Position numbers and translations under genes: made by a program
Notes under the pieces: generated by a model
Databases searched by the model: none
What the model saw: the letters and a program-made list of their open reading frames with translations, nothing else
What the model was told of the DNA's origin: nothing
Source: Anaerohalosphaeraceae bacterium
GTDB lineage: Bacteria; Planctomycetota; Phycisphaerae; Sedimentisphaerales; Anaerohalosphaeraceae
DNA: 64,000 nt
Reading direction: 5' to 3'
NCBI GenBank assembly: GCA_963675525.2
Contig: CAXXSL010000011.1
Span: 352,001-416,000, forward strand
Part shown: positions 61,401 through 64,000 of the stretch, in pieces
Layout of the letters: each line of letters starts with the position of its first letter
How positions within the stretch are numbered: position 1 is the stretch's first letter

Positions 61401-63243
61401 AAGAATTTTTAATAGTAAGATTGTCATTCCAACAGTAGATTCCCCCACCTTCGTTTGCACTATTATTTATTATATGACAATTTTTGACCATTGTATTACT
61501 ATTGTTACAATAGATCCCACCACCATAACCAGATGCGCTATTATACCCGACATTATTCTTTATTGTACAGTTCTTTATGATAGGACTACCAAGAACGCAA
61601 TAAACCCCACCACCTGAAGGGGATCTATTCTCTGTAATTATACAATTTTGGATAGTTGGACTGCTGCTATGACAACGGATTCCACCGCCATGATTGGCCC
61701 ATACATAACCATTTATAATGGTAAAGTTCTCGACTACAGAATTTACGTCTTCTCCCGAAACAAACATGAATCCTTGATGGAAATTCTCCCAGCTTCCCTG
61801 GCAGTCAATCACAACCAGACTGGGATCGGTAACATTGCCTCGAACAGTTATGGCTTTGCCCAGAAAATCAATATCCCGGTTTCCAGTCCCCGTATAGGTT
61901 CCATCTTCAACTTGAACGGTATCCCCATCTTCAGCAATATCGATCGCCGCCTGAATTGTCGGAACATATCCTGTCCCATCAGCTTTGACGATAATGGTAC
62001 TAATATAGGAAGCAATAAAGTCTTGCTCTGGGGCATCAGCGATTAAATTGCTATAAGCATAATTTTCCGGTGTGATGTCACACTTTATTTTATTGGCCGA
62101 CACTTGTCCCGACCAACTATACGGCACTATAACTTCAAAAAAACCACTTGCATCGGTCGTATCGGACCCGCCACCGTTATTGGCCGCTACAGCTACACCT
62201 TCTACCGGCGTTCCGTCTTCTTCGGTAATGGTACCACTTATTGTTGGTTGGTATGGCGTAAAATCCTGGCCTGTCAAATCTGTGGTTACGTTTGTAAAGC
62301 TTCTCGGAGACTCTATAAAATCATATCCTGATAGAGTCGCTTCAACCGCCCCGCTCCAGCCGTAAGGCACAGTCACACTATACCCCGGTGTGGATACCAC
62401 ACTGCCGACACCGCTGACAGTCACTGTCGCCCCGGCAACACCGGTGTAACCGGAAATGGTTGGCTGATAAGGGGTAAAATCCTGACCCGTTTGATTGGCG
62501 GTTACATTCGTAAAACTTCTCGGCGATTCTGAAAAATAATAGCCCGCCAAACTCACCTCAATCGTACCGCTCCAACCGTAAGGAACAGTTACACTGTAAG
62601 ATGGCGTTGAAATGACACTGCCCACACCGCTAACCGTCACCGTCGCTCCGGCAACACCCGTTGATCCGGAGATGGTTGGCTGGAAACCGCTAAAGTCCTG
62701 ATTGGCTTCATCGGCTACAACATTGGAATAGTTCTTATCTGTGAAATGATAACCCGAAAGCGTTGCCGAAACCGCCCCGCTCCACTCATACGGTACAACA
62801 ATCTCATAATAGCCGCTCGCATCCGTCGTATCCGACCTGCCGCCGTTATCGGCTGTGACATTCGCCCCGGCCAGCGGCGTGCCGTCGGACTTTCGCACAT
62901 ATCCGCTGATCGTCGGCTGCCATGCGGTATAATCCTGATTCGGAATATCGGCACTCACATTATCATAATAATTCGACCCCGGCGTCATCAGCCACCCCGC
63001 CTTACTGACGGTCACCGTCCCGCTCCAGTGTTTCTGCACCACAATCGAATATGTCCCATCCGCGCCTGTTATCGTTGATGGACCGCCATTGTCAGCAACC
63101 ACGTCCACACCGCCCAACCCCGTTCCCGCACCGTCAGCCACAACCCCGCTGATGACATGGGTTGACGCCGCCGTCGCAAACGAAGAAAGACAGACAAACA
63201 GACACACAGCGGAAATGCTCAATATCGCAGTTTTTTCCCTCAT
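58441..63243 (-). CDS. large modular surface protein: five Ig/carboxypeptidase-regulatory-like repeats, beta-helix, three BACON-like domains, second beta-helix, dockerin-like repeats
   Basis: Signal peptide; repeats ISG...YSVTVPYGWSG...QDF; TIQAAID, GGGIYC; N.G...LNW.....WL...P.SG; RINMGAYGGT; ADLNHDDAVD...WL. Confidence 0.85.
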   Translation of the reverse strand: MREKTAILSISAVCLFVCLSSFATAASTHVISGVVADGAGTGLGGVDVVADNGGPSTITGADGTYSIVVQKHWSGTVTVSKAGWLMTPGSNYYDNVSADIPNQDYTAWQPTISGYVRKSDGTPLAGANVTADNGGRSDTTDASGYYEIVVPYEWSGAVSATLSGYHFTDKNYSNVVADEANQDFSGFQPTISGSTGVAGATVTVSGVGSVISTPSYSVTVPYGWSGTIEVSLAGYYFSESPRSFTNVTANQTGQDFTPYQPTISGYTGVAGATVTVSGVGSVVSTPGYSVTVPYGWSGAVEATLSGYDFIESPRSFTNVTTDLTGQDFTPYQPTISGTITEEDGTPVEGVAVAANNGGGSDTTDASGFFEVIVPYSWSGQVSANKIKCDITPENYAYSNLIADAPEQDFIASYISTIIVKADGTGYVPTIQAAIDIAEDGDTVQVEDGTYTGTGNRDIDFLGKAITVRGNVTDPSLVVIDCQGSWENFHQGFMFVSGEDVNSVVENFTIINGYVWANHGGGIRCHSSSPTIQNCIITENRSPSGGGVYCVLGSPIIKNCTIKNNVGYNSASGYGGGIYCNNSNTMVKNCHIINNSANEGGGIYCWNDNLTIKNSFIAGNNGEHYGGAFYCAWSNTIIENCTITSNNAGADGGGIHSYTGCNSIIRNSIIWNNSQQQLSGWGNNATYSNIQGGCGGTGNIDLDPLFQSNGYSLSADSPCINAGDPNTIADVNEVDIDGNLRIVGTRVDMGADEFSTEEPFILMSVSNLNFTAMEARNNPVPQTITFYNLGRSNLNWTASSNTSWLQTIPASGSVNWEQTATISITPDIGSLTAGQYFGQITISDPNAMNNPKMIDVYLTITGPSLSISQNNYNFTASKETLNPEPQVLTISNTGGGTLNWSITPNCNWMQIEPDLGVITTGSADVMLNIDQSNMEYGTYNCQLTVEAPNASNSPQVVTVSLDVLRPEIGFSPASLDFECDVDDPNVLTQVLEISNNGYDTLNWNIAEDCEWLSVLPVSGQCAAGPNEVMLTVDTTALEIGYYDCQLTITDENASNSPVTVPVSLHVYRDGERHVPIEYPTIQTAINAAVDGDHVIVHPGWYPSENYYYDEIRYQGKAVTVRSIEPDNPEIVGSTIVTGRFYFDKQEGRDAVLDGLTINGYIYCYNSSPVIKNCVWSGSLIPYGDSGYPIYVNQGNPCIQNCTFVGVQMTRQGGGGIRIYNNRNTTGNTIIENCLFSLKCVSYPYDQMSAIMIRNGHADIVNTTIAYCLFNIDEFYPYVPTGAGLFIRESDVLLENSIIWGNQGSDNKQVTIQNNSGDFNNPLNSRVTISYSDIEDSEGSILIFPDYSSFGNYLQNGILPDPNLVDPNTLTWGPGNIDTDPVFAREPNDGGDGWFPISIPGTSMMDYSPLYNNDYGDLHLKSKAGRFVWDGFARADFNLDKRVDLIDFTELAQNWGLIRDWYLQIPCNLYGDDIIDLDDFLLFCEDYLQPRVFGAWVVDDVTSPCIDAGDPNDMGWQDELWPHGGRINMGAYGGTPQASMSLNPVGNPADLNHDDAVDLGDWSLWSDDWLDERVLLDSDFDLNNIVDPNDLSIFLNNWLWGE
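62244..62680 (-). repeat. intragenic tandem duplication with a 216-bp (72-aa) period
   Basis: CCGGA(A/G)ATGGTTGGCTG at 62450 and 62666; PTISG.TGVAGATVTVSGVGSV.STP.YSVTVPYGWSG occurs twice. Confidence 0.8.
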
Positions 63244-63377
63244 TCTCCTAAAAACCTCCTTTTCGGCCTTCTACACCATCCAATTAAGGACTCTTTCAAG
63301 CCTCTATAATACCAAACCCCACCCCCAAAAATCAACCAAAATCCTCCAATGTCCCTGCTCTAAATGAGAAATGCGGC

Positions 63378-64000
63378 CTAACTATCGAACTGAGGTTGGT
63401 GTTGGGTGCGTTTGGCTAAGTCGATGAAAGGCTCACCTTCGCTGACCTCTATGGTTAGATCCGACAGGTCGATGCCCGGCGCATTGCGTACGCGCATGCC
63501 GGTTTGGGCTGTGATCTTCACGTTCTTGAAGATAATGTTCTGCAGAGGACTTTCGTCCAGACCCTGAAGCAGGCCGGCACGCTCTCCGGAACCAACAACA
63601 TCCATGACCCTGATGTTTTTGAATACCGGCACGGCTTCCGGGGGGTAGGTGTCATTGGGCCAACTGCTGGACCCCCAGCGCATGTTAAAAATGATACAGT
63701 AAAGCATATCCTGAAAGGTGATGTTCCGAAAGGTAATATCTTCGACCGTCCCTCCGCGGCCCGGCGCAGTCTTGAGACGCAAGCCGTTACGCGCATCCCG
63801 CCCTGTACAGTTTTCCACGAGCACATGGCGAATGCCGCCTGCGGTTTCACTGCCCATGGAGACCATGCATCCGGCCGGCCCCAGGGTACAGTCCCGCACG
63901 ACAATGTATTCGCTGGGACGGTTAACGCGCAGGCCGTCGGCATCGCGTCCGGATTTGACGGAGATACAGTCGTCGTCACAGGCAATGTCACAATTGCGTA
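63378..64000 (-). CDS. GH28 polygalacturonase-family protein (5'-partial)
   Basis: Frame open to the window edge: CDDDCISVKSGRDADGLRVNRPSE, SMGSETAGG, LRLKT..GRGG. Confidence 0.85.
   Translation of the reverse strand, partial: RNCDIACDDDCISVKSGRDADGLRVNRPSEYIVVRDCTLGPAGCMVSMGSETAGGIRHVLVENCTGRDARNGLRLKTAPGRGGTVEDITFRNITFQDMLYCIIFNMRWGSSSWPNDTYPPEAVPVFKNIRVMDVVGSGERAGLLQGLDESPLQNIIFKNVKITAQTGMRVRNAPGIDLSDLTIEVSEGEPFIDLAKRTQHQPQFDS

Overview
Bacterial chromosomal window. Gene content suggests Planctomycetota, probably Phycisphaerae/Sedimentisphaerales (inferred from PEP-CTERM proteins, many dockerin-like '...AxxWL' tails and an orphan ftsW-murG pair). Core genes: patB/malY-like, msrC-like GAF, an ABC exporter, ftsW-murG, kdsB-pyrG, pilT, a heme-type sensor kinase, aspS (split by a +1 frameshift), galE-hexokinase, xerD, a ~21 kb surface-glycan cluster including rfbACDB, and thrS-infC-rpmI-rplT-pheS without pheT. 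Two accessory systems stand out. (1) An ~8.4 kb island (19456-27807) is bounded by a 3'-truncated tRNA-Val(GAC). Its cargo genes (GH43-CBM42, PL9-like lyase, DUF5703-like hydrolase, orphan lipoprotein) are separated by three co-oriented, diverged remnants of the 3' end of one tyrosine-integrase family, which the ORF track does not show as such. (2) A PEP-CTERM locus places a cohesin-like PEP-CTERM protein directly upstream of a TIGR03790-like protein with a classical dockerin, and four other secreted proteins in the window carry dockerin-like tails. This suggests an exosortase-anchored cohesin/dockerin display system. All family assignments are by eye from motifs; no searches were run.
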